A stretch of 64,000 nt of DNA, taken from NCBI GenBank assembly GCA_001179505.1, contig CDMY01000198.1, positions 107,371 to 171,370 on the forward strand, read 5' to 3'. The position numbers were made by a program, and so were the translations under genes. The notes beneath the pieces are model-generated. The model was not told where the DNA came from. It saw nothing but the letters and a program-made list of their open reading frames with translations, and made no database searches. Each line of letters starts with the position of its first letter. Position 1 is the stretch's first letter. This DNA comes from Vitrella brassicaformis CCMP3155. Lineage: Eukaryota; Protista; Chromerida. Below are positions 47,101-60,500 of the stretch, one piece after another.

Positions 47101-48795
47101 CTCGTCGAGGGCACATTGCTGAAAGACACTGCAGCGGCGAAGGCCACCAGGTCAGACAGAGGCGCACACACACAAAGAGACACACACGAGAATGGGCGCC
47201 TGCCTTGGTCCTTGTTCAGTGTCTCGCTGTTTGAGTTGAAGAAGGATCACCTCCCTCCGGGCATCCCTGTGCACGGCCACAGCACCATCAAGGATAACAC
47301 GGGCAATGGGCCCGGCACCAAGTAGGCACCGAAGGGAAGGCCCAGCTGCATCGCCGGCCATCGCTGAATACATGTGTGTGTTGATTCAGGGCTTGTCTGG
47401 CGCACCGGCTGCGTATGTCGAAGGTCAAGGCGCCAGCCCCCCCGCCCCCGCTGGACAGGTATATGTGTGCACCTGCAGCCAGCAGACACACGAGACACCA
47501 CAGCTAACCTCCCTCCCTGTCTGTCTCTGTTTGTCAGTCGCCGGCCGGGCACACTTTCGTCGGCCGAGGCTCATGGCACCGACCCTTCGCCCCTGCTGCT
47601 ATCCAAGACGATATCCAAGACGCCGTCCTTCCCGGCGGACGACAGCCAGGGGGACAACAGCACGCCGCCAAAGGAGGACAGCAAACAGGTGCCAGAGGAG
47701 CACAACGAGTACAGTCGCACCGCTCAAGGGTACGCTGACAGGCAGTCAGTCATGGCAGCCGAGGACGGAAGCCACAGCGACGCCCGGCCATGTATGTGTC
47801 TCCTTCCTGTCTGCCTGTCTGTCTGTCAGGTCTGTGAGGAAATCGTTGGCGGCGGAGCTGCGGCGCTCGCGCAAGGTGCTGTCGACGCATCCCGTCCACA
47901 CAGCCATCGCCACCGCATCGCCCCCCGCCATGATGACCATCGAGCACAGGTGGGCAAAGGGATGAAAGGGGCAACACTATCGATCCATCAGACGTCAACT
48001 TGTTCTCTGTGTCTCCCCACCTTCATGCAGCCCGGTACCTTCACCCCTCCTGCCGTCGCCCACCGTCTCCCAGCACCACCGCTATCGGCTCTCCTCGCCC
48101 CCCAACCCACCGCAGGAGCCGGACCCCTTCGCCAGCGGCCCCAATACCCACGGCATGGTGCTGCGACAGAACCGCAAGAAGCGCACCCGCAGCCCCCTCC
48201 CGTCACCCAGCCCCACAGACAGCGACCACCAGCCCCTCCCAAAGGCCAAGCGTGCCGCCGCCCTCCGCCCCAAGTCTCATGAGAAGGACGAGACGCCGCC
48301 CGTCTTCGGTGGCCTGGGGGAGGAGGTGCTGTGGGGGCCGTGGAACAAGGGCCGGGAGGGCGAGATCGTCAAGACAACAGAGGCGGCGGGCGGCCATGAC
48401 GCGTTTCCCAAGAGGAAGAGGGCGCCGCGCGGCAAGGGGAAGAGCCGCCAGACGCTCAAGTGGAACGACCCCCCAGTGCTGGGCCGCCTGCAGAAGAAGA
48501 TGGAGGCCATCAGCCGTGCATCTGATTGGCAGTGCCGGCTGGACCTGGCGCGGTGCCGCCTGGCCGCAGAGGAGGACCCCTCGGAGGGCGGCGGCGATGG
48601 TTGTGAGCCGATGGACATCGACGAGGGGGCGGGTGCCGCTGGGGGTGCTGACGATGACCGGGAAAGCCTGGCGGAGTGGCTGGGCAGGGGGGCGCACATC
48701 ATCATGGACTGAGAGAGACAGAGAGACATGGATGGATGGATCTGTGTGCTGATGGGGGAAGGGGATGTATAGCAGCCGGGTGGTTGGATGACGTG
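44108..48795 (+). repeat. Inverted segmental duplication, copy 2
   Basis: See copy 1. N gap at 44648-44947. Confidence 0.92.
44145..48712 (+). CDS. Degenerate MutL-family (MLH1-like) gene, copy B'; 5' structure uncertain
   Basis: Exons from 45626 splice in frame to TGA 48712. MTSLP..SSAMAQEL..KALEAFISRCN, TPFLRLS, VLVEAML and MLLANLPLSLLERL resemble MLH1 VRTLP..GNAVSREL..KMNGYISNAN, HPFLYLS, VLREML and LYLLNTTKLSEEL in the same order. Confidence 0.55.
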
Positions 48796-49447
48796 TGAGG
48801 ATGAGACGGTGGTGGCGGGAGTTGGATCCTGTGGCCACTGGAGAGCAGCTGCTCCCTGCTTGTACACTTTGATTCGACCTGCGGGACAGCAGACACCAAC
48901 GTGTGGCGGACCGACCGATACGTGCCAGGCCATGCCCACACGTGAACGAGACAACTCAACCAAATCTGTAACAGCGCAAGTGAACCAACGGACCACACAC
49001 ATTCTTTTATTCATCGACACGCACTCATTCTCTGTCCATGCCGTGTATGTGTGCAAATGGCCAGCCAATGAGTGAGTCAGACACACACAAAGAGCGAATT
49101 ACGGCATGGAATGGAAGCATCTGTGGGGAGGGAGGGACCACCAAAAACGCGGCATGACATGGAAGCTGCCTGCCTGATGCACAAAATGTAGCTCTTGTCA
49201 GCTCACACCCCTCCTCACACACACACACATACACACACACACACACAGGTAGACACCACAGACAGACAGCCAGACAGACAGACAGGCGCTGCATGCATCA
49301 AACTCCAGCCACAAATGCGATGCTTGCCGGTGCCAACCAACGGGGCGAAAAGGGCCATCCTTAAAACACACAAGGGAGGGAGGGAGGGAGGGAGGGAGAG
49401 AGGCGGGACAGCGGGGGGAGGGTAGAGGGTAGGTGCCACAAACTGCG

Positions 49448-51295
49448 TCACTTGCCCTTCTTCTTCTCGGGCTTGCTCGCCGTCTTGGTGTCAGCCTGAT
49501 CGATGCGCGCACAAAACGACAGACGCGACACAAGCCATATGTGCAGACCACACGCATGGCGGGCATCAGATAGATGTTGGCTGACCATGACGGTCACGAC
49601 ATAGAGGAGGCCGCCGGCGATGACGAGTAGCGCCACGAGGAACATGCCCGCCTGGCTGAAGATGAGGGAAAAGATCCCGCTCGACCTCTCACCCTCCTGC
49701 ACACCACACCAATCGTCATGTCTGTGTGTCTGTCCATCCATCCATCCATCCATCTATCCATGTTGGCCACGTACGAGCAGCTGCGATGAAGCCAGCTCGT
49801 CCAGCCCCTGTTGGACGACATCCTGGTGGTCGTCCAGGTCGATGTCATCGAGGCTGCCGCCATCATCGTCCTCCTCCTCTTCCTCGTCATCCTCGTACGT
49901 GTCCTCCTCGTAACGACCTAACCCGACCCACAGCCATTCCATTCCACAGCCAGTGTAGTGTGTGGGCGACTTGACTTGAATTGTCTGTTGGTTGGTGTGT
50001 CTTGTGGTTGTGCTCACTTTTGGCTGCCGCTTTCCGGTCGTAAGGGGGCAGGGTGGGGATATCTGCGTCAGTCAATGCATCAGGCGTTGACTCTCACTCA
50101 GCACATGCATGGACTTACTGAGTGGGCGGATGGTCTGTCTGTCTATCTGCCTCACCATCGAGTGTGCCATCATAGACCACAATGGCGTTGATCTGAAGGC
50201 ATGACATCACACACAATCACAGCCGTGCAAACATACAAGCATGCCTGTGGCTTGCCGACCTTGGGATTGTCCTTCCCAGGGATCTGGAGGAAGTCGATTC
50301 TCAGTCCGCCTGTTGAGGGGTTCCACGCCTCAGGTGTGGCCTTGGTGCCCTCGACAGTGAGCTCGTCGCCCTTGCGGCTGACCTCGACATACTCGTCGTG
50401 CGGCACGCCCCTGCCCACCTTGCCGAAGATGTCCAGCGACTTGACCTCCCTGCTGCCGCCCACCTCCACGTGAAACACCTTCTCGCCCGGCGACTGGAAC
50501 CACACCTGGTTGGTAGAGAAGGAGAGAAGGAGAGAGAGAAATGGAGATCAGATCTCACCCCTCTCGGCTTCATTATATTCACGGCTGTCGGGCTGGCTGT
50601 CTGGCTGTCGCGTACCTCAGAGAATTTGAGTACGATGACATATTCCCCGTCTGTTTTGATGGGCACGGTGTATGAGAAGGATCCCGTGTCATACCGCTCG
50701 GTGCGGTACACAAAGTCATCCTGCACTCGGGGGAACGGCGCTGATGAGATGAACCAACAGACGGATGGCAGAGGGACAGGCAGGGAAGGAAGGGCATGCG
50801 CAGCACAGCACAGCACAGCACACAGATGCCATCCATGCCATCCTGATTGTCTGTCTGTGTGGTGTGTCTGGCTGGCTGGCTTACAGAACGTGTTGCCGTG
50901 GTCGCTTGCAATGCCACTGCAACGTCACACCACATCAGTGTCAGTGTGATCGGTTTGGCTTGGCATCGGTCGGTTGCACTCTCACTCACCTTGAGTATCC
51001 CTTATCCTGCTGATAAGTGATCTTCTCAAGCTCAGAATAGTACTTGCTGCTCGCGCCTGCACACACACACACACACACACTCAAACACACACAGCGCACT
51101 CCAAACACATGACCACAGATGCACATCTTGATCTGCATCAGATCGCCCACCGCAGTTGACAGCATAGACGACTTTGCCCTCCGCCACATGCGCCCTCCAT
51201 AGCAGAAACAGCGGCACAGCCGCCAACACTGTCAGCAGCTTTGCTGACGTCCTTTGTGTTCGCCACCGCTCGAAATGCCGTAATTCAACTCGCAT
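49448..51295 (-). CDS. MLEC: Malectin (ER lectin), multi-exon
   Basis: Signal peptide, VVYAVNCG, YRTERY..SF.Y..P....G.Y...LKFSEV.F...G.KVF.V, LDIF..VG....HDEY. Acidic linker, C-terminal TM segment and KKKGK* tail. Confidence 0.92.
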
Positions 51296-51550
51296 CTCTG
51301 ACAGAGAGCCGCAGAGCCGTTATGCCCACACGTGCACCACCACGGGAGGGTGAGATCTTTGGGAATGAGATTTCTAAGCGCGCAAACTCCGGAGCTTTGG
51401 ATCGCAAGACGCAATTTCGCGTGCATTCGGGAGAAATTCGACGTGAGCAGTAGCGCAGGGCAGCAGGGATGTGCCCGTGGTTCAACGAAGCCCCACAAGA
51501 AACCCCACAATGAGGTTTTGAGGCTTGGTGAGTTGCGGTAGCCGGTGGGT

Positions 51551-54500
51551 GCGATGGCGGAGGGCCAGGCATCCCCGGCGCTTCAAAGCCTGCAGGAGCT
51601 GGTCTACAAGCTTGGTGAGCAAGCCAAGCAGCCAGAAAGAACAGCTCAAACATGGGGCCAGATCTCACAGAAAACACTGGTGCATGTTTGTTTGCACGTT
51701 TCGTGTTTCACTCAGGCCATCCATCTCCCTCAACGCGCGACGCGGCGCTGTGCAACCTGCAGCAGAAGCTGTCGGACGGCCTTGTGACGGTGGCCGACCT
51801 GGAGCACACCATTGGGCTGGGCCCGCTGGTGCTCCACTGGATCAACGACAGGCAGCTGGAGGCGGCAGCCGCTCTGCCACTCGCACTCGACCTGCTCAAT
51901 CGGATTGCAAAGGTCAGTCAAGGCGTCAGACAGATCACAAACACTGGTGGGTTGCAGTGTGTGTATTGCGGATGTCTTGTGTGTTTGGGTTTAGGGGAGT
52001 ATGGTCCTTCGTCGGTCGCTTGACGATGCGGGTGCGGTGCCGTTCCTGCAGGCCTTTGCACACCACCCCGTGGCCGGCCTCCACCACTCCCCCATCACAC
52101 AGATCCTCGCCACACTCATCAAGGCGCCCCCACCCACTGCCACTCAACCCTCCGCCTCCTCTGCCCAGCTGCCCTTTAACGTGGAGGCGCTGACCCCCCC
52201 GAGTGCCAATCCCCCTGTGGGCGCATCGCCGGCCTTCCCGGTGCGGCCCGCCACCTGGAACCCCACCCCACACATTCGACGGCCAGCGCCAAGACCGTTC
52301 CCGTCGTCTCATGCACATCTGCATCATGCTGGCCATCATGTAGCTGACCCTGAAAGTGACAGGAGGGTGGCGGCGTCCCTCTCCCCGTCCGTCCGCCGGT
52401 GGGTGGTGCCCACCAAGGGTGATGCGGCTCCAGCGGCTGTTGTCGAGTGCCCCCCGGTGCCACCGAGGATGGCGGCAATGGTAGCTGACCCACAGCAGCA
52501 CCATCAGCAGCACCAGCAGCACCAGCAGCAGCCGCGTGATGCGTTCACCGACATGAGGGCGGAAGCGCATGAAGCGTGGGGCGGTGCGAGCGACTGGAGG
52601 GAGAGGGGGGAGGGTGACGGACACAACGACGGCCATAGCAGGGGCAGGGAGAGGAGACGGAGAGGCCGCCACGGCCACGGCCATGGCCAGGGCTACGGCG
52701 GCAGTGGTGGGGTGGAGAGTGTGCAGGAGGAGGAAATGAAGGCCTGGTGGGACACCAAGGCGCTCACCAAGGACGGTAGGCACGCAGACAGATAGGGAAA
52801 GCCTTCTAAACACATGTCTATCTATCTGTTCGTATGTATCTGTTGGTCTGGTCTGGTTGTTAGGCGCGACGCTGTGTCGGTTGAGCCTCCCTGATGAGCA
52901 GCATGTTAGCAACATCGGGTAGGGTACCATAGATAGAGACCACAGAGAGACCACACTGACAGCGTAGAGTCCTCAATTCATGTGTGTGTGTGTGTGTGTG
53001 TGTCGTCATGCCTGCCTGGATGCCTGGATGGACGGATGGACGGATGGATGGATGGATGCATGCAGCGGTGACTTGATCTACGGCACTTTGGACCAGACGC
53101 TCAACGCTTGTCGGTGTCTGCCTGAGACCATACTCATTGACTTCCCCCCCATGTTCCTCATCTATAGAGACCAAATCTGGCAGGTAAGGAAGGTACTGTG
53201 CACACAACGACTCGTGGATGGGATGGCTGCACGAGTGCATTGTATGTGTATCTGTCGGTGTGATCGTTCGTTCAGGCGTTGTGTGGCATCACCAAGTTCG
53301 GCGGCCCTGCAGAGATGGCCATTCTGCTGCCTGCTCTCAAGGCGCTCGAAACCGCCATTGGCAACATCAAAAAGGTCAAGAAAGACCGCATAGATGACGC
53401 ACATACGAAGGCGTAGTCACCAAACACCCCCCCTCCCCTCCCGGCTGTATGCTTGTGCCGTCCAGAGCGCCCTGTCATCGTACCACCCCTCTGTGCGGGA
53501 CAGCGACCCCCCCTCTGCCCTCGTCCGCCGCATCGACAGAAGCGGCCTCATCTGGCCGCTCCCCCCTCCCCTGTTTCTGCACCCCCTGCTGACCATCCTC
53601 TTCGCCACGCCCCTCAAGACACCCCTCTCGGCGCCACACGCGTGCCGCATCATTCTCGACGCCCTCACTCTCATGAGCGTCCTCACACACGCCAGGAGGG
53701 CCGAGAGGCGGGGCGATGCCGGATGGACAGGGGACCACCGGTGTGCGGCCATCACGTACCCGCCAGGAGGTCTGCTGCACTACGCCCGGCTGCTGGGGGA
53801 GGCCGTCGAGCAGCACTTCCCCAATCCGCAGCATATTGCCGACGCCATCCCCTCCCTCCGGCCCCTCATGAGGATCACAGCAGCCATCCTGCGAGAGGCT
53901 GAGCCCGCCCTCAACACAGACGACAGCCTCGCGCCGCTCAAGACCTTCCCGTGGACATCCCTCCAGCGCCGATTGCTGGAGCTGGCGATCGGATTTCTGG
54001 ACCGGCTGACCGATGAGGATTGCGTGAAGGCCATGTGTCTGGAGAGCGGGCGGCTGGCGGGGTGGCTGAGGGTGGTGCTGTGGGACGCCAGGCTGCAGTG
54101 GAGGGAGGGGGGGAGGGGGGTGGAGAGGCTGGTGGCACTGGTAGCACCGGAGGACATCGAGGCGCACAGGTGAATCAAACGCACTGGCGCGTTTGCCCAC
54201 GAGGCGGAGTCTGGCCAATCTCTCTCTGCGTCTCCCCGAACAGGCATGTGGTGGCCCTCCGGCAGGCGGCCGAGCGTGTGCACGACCCAACATCAGAACC
54301 GTCCTCCCCCCTGCCAGGCGGCCACCCTACCCTCTCCCTACTGCTGCTCACACACCCGCCCCCGCCCCCGCCATCCAGCGACATGGACCAAGACGACCAA
54401 TTCGCCACAGCCGACCCCACAGAGCGCACCGTGCACGCGGCCATCCACCGCGTCTGCTTCGAGACCGTTGACGCTTTCCGGACACTGCAGGAGGGGGCGG

Positions 54501-57500
54501 AGGACGACACCGACTACAGAGTGTGCCTGTCGTATTTGCTGCGGGTGGTCACGTGCCCGCAGGCATCGGTGCGGCGGGCGTGCTTCGAGTGGGTGAGGGG
54601 GCGGCTGGAGCGGGAGAGCGATGTGGCCACGGAAAGGGCGCTGAAGGGCCTGCTGGCGAGCCAGGACTTCCTGTACGAGGCCGCGGTCCACGGCGGCACA
54701 GAGGGCGCGCAGATGGCCCACTGGCTGTGGGGCGCACTCGACGCCACCGCCCTTGATGGCGACAGTGACACCGAGGGCATCAGCCACTTCTGCCGCACCT
54801 TCCTGGAGACCTGGGACCCCCTGCACGACCAGCACCTGCCGATAATCCCCCCCGACCCACTGCATCCTTCCCTCCCTCACGACGAGCACCGCTGCCTCAT
54901 CCAGCAGCTGTTCGCCAAGCAGGACGACGCGAGACGCAAGGCCGCCATGGTGCTGTGGAGCACCGAGGGGGGGCAGGAGGGAATCGGCGGTGTGAGTGGT
55001 AGTGGTAGTGGCGGCGCTAAGAGGTCGCCTTTCGCCTTTGTGAGCGACCCATGGGGCAGTGTGCAGGAGTACTGGGGTGCGAGGGGGATGGGCGAGATGG
55101 AGCACTACCGGACGGCTGGGCTGGAGTGGCGCGACAAGGATGTCAGGGAGCAGGTCAACGCCTTCGCCAAAGACACGTAAGTCACCAGCAACACACACAC
55201 GCACACACACACACAGAGCTGCCATGTGTGTCAATCAATCAGGTTTGATTCGGGCATGCTTGCCAAGGCCCTGACGAACGTGACGATGACCCTGGTGTCC
55301 TGCCCCACCCCCGCAGCCTCCCTCCTGCTCCATCCCTCTCCCCCAGACATGCCCCCACTGCTGCCCCTAGTCCTGCACACCCTCGAGAAGACCGTCAACC
55401 ACATACAGCAGCGACACAGGAACGGCCCCCCATCACCCACTGGCATCGCGCCCCCGGCGCTGTTCATCCGGCTGCCGGCAGACGAGGAGGCGACCAACGA
55501 CCAGAAGCTGGTGCTGCAGGCGTGCCGCTTCTACACGCTGCTGCTGCTGACCTTCCGGCCGCTCTCGGCGGTGGGGCAGGCAGTCCTGGACCAGACGAGG
55601 AGTTTGATGGTGGTGCTGCCGCTGTTCGCCTTCCACCAGCAGCCGGAGGTGCGGTGCGCGGCGCTGCAGCTGCTGGCGGCACTGGTGTTCCACCCCGATG
55701 CCGTATGGGCCCTCGATGGGCGCATGTGCCCTGAGAGAGGGCTGGAGAGCTACCTCTGTGGCAAGACGTCCGTGCGGCCGCCCATCTCCCCCCCGCCCCG
55801 GCACGTGACGCCGTTCAGCCCATTCAGCGCCTCACCGTCTCAAGCGTCATCCCATGAGGCGGAGGAGGACCGGTCCCTCCCGCCGCTGGAGTTCTACGTG
55901 CCGCCATGGTTCGAGACTGCCTACAGCGTCCCCCTCCCCACCCAGGTCCCGCCATGCCCCAGCCCATCTGCCCACTTCTGGAAGAACAGAAGGGCGACTG
56001 GCATCACCGACCAGGCCCTGTTCCTCGCCCGGGCGCTCATCCACTTCGACAAGACCGCCGAGTTTGGCGATGAGGCGCTGGGTTCGTCGTCGGGCGATGC
56101 GCCGCTGAGCGAGATGAAGGGCGGCGAGCGGCTGCTGACGCCGCATGAGGCCCAGCGGATGGTCGACGGGAGCCCCGAGAGCGCGTCGCTCATCGACCAA
56201 ATGGCCACTGCATTCCACACGCCCCCATCCGTCCCCAACACGCAGCCTCGCCTCAAGACGGCTGACAAGGGAGAGCCCCCGCTGCACCCGACCGTCATCC
56301 GCTTCACAGAGGCCATGCGCAAGACCGTCAGCCTTCTTGAAGCCCTTCCACCCGTCCCCCCTCCCCACAGTGAGGCATTGTCGGGACTGGAGGGTCTGCA
56401 GGAGGCGTGTGCGGCCAAGGGCGGCCTGGCGGGGTTTGTGTGGGGGTGTGCTTCCTTCCTGGCCGACGAGATGCAGATGGAGGAAGTGGTGAAAGAGGGA
56501 GAGGGAGGAGAGGGGGAGGGGGAGGGTGGTGGCGACGGCAGCTACTGGCACGTGTGTTGGCGTGTGCCGCGGCAGCAGCGGCTGCCGGTGCCATCTCGGT
56601 ATGGCCATGGCCGGAAGAGAGGCGTGTGGAGTGACTATGGCCGTGACCTAGAGCTGCTGATCGGTGCACTGGATGTGGTGGTGCACTTCCTGAGGCGGCC
56701 GGAGCTGGACAAGGCCGTCTGGGGGTCAGAAGGTGAGATTAAGAAACACACGTGGTCCTGAAGTCGTGCAATTTTGGTCTAGTCTGCATTTTGCATTATA
56801 TTCCACTGTGTGTGATCCCCCGGTCAGAGTGGCTGGAGTGTTTGGTGCGTTTGCTGGATGTCACGGAGCGGCGACCTGACCTCCGGCAGCTCAGGTGACA
56901 GACACACCAACCAACCACACCAAGCCATTCCCGTCTTCCTCCGCAATCTCACCGTATGTTTGTGTTGCGTCTCTGGCTGCAAACAGACATCTGGTCTTCT
57001 CGGCCACATCCCTGCTGCCCCTCTCAGACATAGCCGACATAGAAGTCAGCCGCCTGGAGCAGGAAGCCATCGCAGCGGCAACATGTCCGGAGAACCGCGA
57101 CGACGACAAGAATGGCACCGACCCCCCTCCCCCGACTCTCCCATCCCCCAGCCCTCCCCCCGCCCACCGTCCGAGGCTTCTGCTCATCCTCTCCCACTTC
57201 CTACGGTCGCAGCACGGCCGCAAGGACAGCCGCATCGGATCTTCCGCCGTGCTCGCGGCCCTTCTCGCGGTGGAGCAGGTGGTGGTCAAGGGGCCGCTAG
57301 AGACGGCGAGTGAGGCGCTCGTGAGTGCGGTGGAGCCGCTGACGGAGCACGTCAGTGGCGCGATCCGTGCACAGGCGTGGCGGACGCTGAGGGCGACGCT
57401 GATGGCTGTGGAGATCACGCAGGACACGCACACTCTTGCCTATGCCCTGCGGTTCCAGCTGGAGGGGCCGACACTCCACGCCGTGGACATTCTCGTGGAT

Positions 57501-60500
57501 GAGGGACCGATGCTCGAGCTGACCGAACGCAATGACGACCACACCGATGGCCATCACCACCATGACGAGCAGGGGGACGACACCCACAGCATAGCTGACG
57601 GCGAGGCGCCACGTGCTCCATCTCACGAGAGCAAGATGGGCGTGAAGGTGTGCCACGACTCCGGTGACAAGTGGCTGGAGGTCACGGAGGCGGCGTCGTT
57701 TCTCGCTGATGTGTGGGTGCGGTATGCCCGGCAACAGGAGACCCTCTCCCTGCCGACACACACACACGACAGCAACGGGCAGCAGCCAACGGACCCGAGC
57801 GAAGGAACAGAGGGAGATGCAGACACCCCCCTCGTCACCACAAACACACACACCGGCCCCATCGAGCAGATCGTCCACCGGCTCTCGTCGACCCCCTTCC
57901 TCTGTCGCCGTGTGCCGTACCTCCTCATGAGCCCCGCAGCGTCCCTCCGGCTCAAGACGGTGACGGTTCGGCTGCTGCGTATGACGCTGAGGGAGGCAGA
58001 CGTGACCGTCATGGCCTGTCTGGAGAGCGCACTGCCCTTCAGAGCAGCGGCAGCAGACGATACTCATGGTGGTGGAGGTGGTGGTGATCCGTGCAGTCCG
58101 TTTCGGTTTTTGTCGGTGTGGGAGCTGATGGCCATGACACTGAGGGAGGTCGCCAGGGATGGCGGGGATGGGGGCGATATCGACAAGACCAACCTCGGTA
58201 CCCAAACACACATACACACACAGGAGAGTCGAGTGCCGTCCTGCCCGCCTTCCCTGTTCCGGTGTTAGGCCTGGAGATAGTGTGGTTCGCATCAGAGGTG
58301 GTGCTGCGTCAGCCCGACCAGCTGTCCCTCATCGCATACACCAGCAGCCGCACCACACACACCAACACCGATACCGTCACCAACACCACCACTGACAGAG
58401 GGAGGGGCCCTGCGGTCGACGGCCAGCCAGACGAGCCCCTCGCCGTCGCCTTTGGCACCTTTCTCACCGCGTCATCACACAGGCTGGAGCGTCATCTCGC
58501 CCTCACACAAGACAGTCCCCCCGCCCTGCGCGCGATCGAGGCGCAGCTGCGGGCCCTCATCACGGCTCTCACCAACCTTCTCGAGGCCACCGAGCACGCC
58601 GCCGACGGCAACGGGGAGCAGCAGGCCTGGGCGCACACCCTCACGGCGTGGCTGTGGAACACACACGCCCTCGCATCCTTCATTTTACTGTGTCTGGGGG
58701 GTGTCGACGACATGAAGGCCACCAAGGCTGGAGGAGGTGGTGGGGTGAGGCTGGGTGAGGGGGTGCTCAAGGGCGCCATGGGGCTGCTCACTCGGGTGCT
58801 GGAGCTGTGCGCCTGTCTGGACGTGCCGGTCGCCTTGGACAAGGCCACACAAGACGCCCTCTGCCGGCGTCTCTGCCTGCACGTCCGCGAGTGGCTTCAC
58901 GAGACCTGGACCTCACTCTTCCTCCTCCACCACTCCCACCACCCACCCCACCAGCAGGCAGACCCCCACCCCCTGCTGCTTACCGCCGGCCAGGCCCTCA
59001 CACACGTCATCCACACCCTCCCCGCCACAGCGTCAGTCGTCATTCAGATGGACCTGCCGGCGACACTGGAGCGGCAGGTGGACAAGATCACCCGCAGCAA
59101 GGGACTGCTCGAGGCGGGGCTCCTCGAGACGGCCACAGAGCTGCGGCCGCTTGACGGCCATCCATATGGCAAGAGGGGCGGTGTGAAGGGCAGCAGGGAG
59201 GGGCAGGAGGGTGCTGGTGGTGGTGGTGGTGGTGGCAAGGAGAGGGAGAGAGAGGTGGCGGGGCCCACGGCTGCTTACCTGAACCTGTTGGTACTGTTCA
59301 TCAGGTGGGTGCCGATGCAGGATTGCGCCGGTTGTCTTGTATGTGTGTGTGTGTGTGTTGTCAGGTTATTTGGTGCGGTGTTGACGTCCTCCCCGGCGGC
59401 CATGCGTCACGCCTTGGTAGTGTCGTCCGTGTCGCAGAGCCTGCTGGTGCGGGTGGTGTGGGCCTGCTGGAAGATAGCTCTCCTTCACGAAGACGTCATG
59501 ACGGAGGTAGGCATTGCACTGCACACATCCCCCCTCGCCATGTCTGTCTCCATATCCATCCATCCATGCGTGCAGATATTAGACCTCCTTCTCGGCTGCC
59601 TCGCCACCAAGTTCTCCCTCGACGACCATCCCCCGCCCCCTCCCACAGACCAGCCCGACACAGACGACAGAGAGGAGCAGGGCCAGGGCCCCCCCAGCCC
59701 CACACGCGACCCCGAGCAGAGCTCTCTCGACGACCGCCTGCGCTCCCAGACGGCCAGGCAGCTGTACAAGAGCCAGTTCCTGTCGACCCTCATGGCGTTC
59801 GTGTCGCGGCAGCTGCAGCTGCAGATGGTGGTGTCGTCATCTTCACCGCCGTCATCGAGTGTGGGCGGGAGCGTCAAGGGGGCCGGCGGCAAAGCACCTG
59901 GGGAGAGGGAGAGGGACAATGGCGTTCGTGTGGGCGGTGTGGCCATGACTGTTGGGTGGCCGTCACTCAAGGAGGGCGGAGGTGGGGGTGCTGGTAGTGG
60001 TGGTGCTGGTGGAAATGAGGTGTCCACGGCAACACTTTGCAAGCAGCTGCAGGTGGACGAGTGGGCGGATGGGCAGAGAGAGGCACAAACGCGCCAAGAA
60101 CCACACACGGACTGGATTATCCATGTGTGGTGTGTTATGCCTCCCCCCTCCCTCTCTCTCTCTCTCTCTCTGTCGTGCAGGTGCTGAGTGTGTGTGTGGA
60201 CGACTCTTTCGACAGCCGGCCAGAGCTGCTGCGCTTCATCGCCACCCTCGTGGACTCCCTCCGCCAGATGCTCTCACGGCGGGCATACACATCGGCGTCT
60301 TTCATCCCCACGGGCCAGGCGCAGCGCATGCTCGCCATCATGCAGTTCCTCTCGTGCGGCGCCCTCTCCAGCCAGGCCGACGGGCGCATGGCCGCGCTCA
60401 TACTCGGCCTATCACGGCCAGCAGGTCAGTGAAGTGAGGCGGAAAGAGACACCAGCACGGTGTGTGGTCTGTCTGTCGGTCAGGGAGTGGTCATGTGTTC

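Noticed and set aside
51370-51425. E2F-like tttgcgcgc/tttcgcg motifs in divergent promoters (similar gctcgcaaa at ~29487 and ~38079)
   Set aside because: Short and degenerate in GC-rich DNA. The 29487/38079 pair is explained by the duplication.
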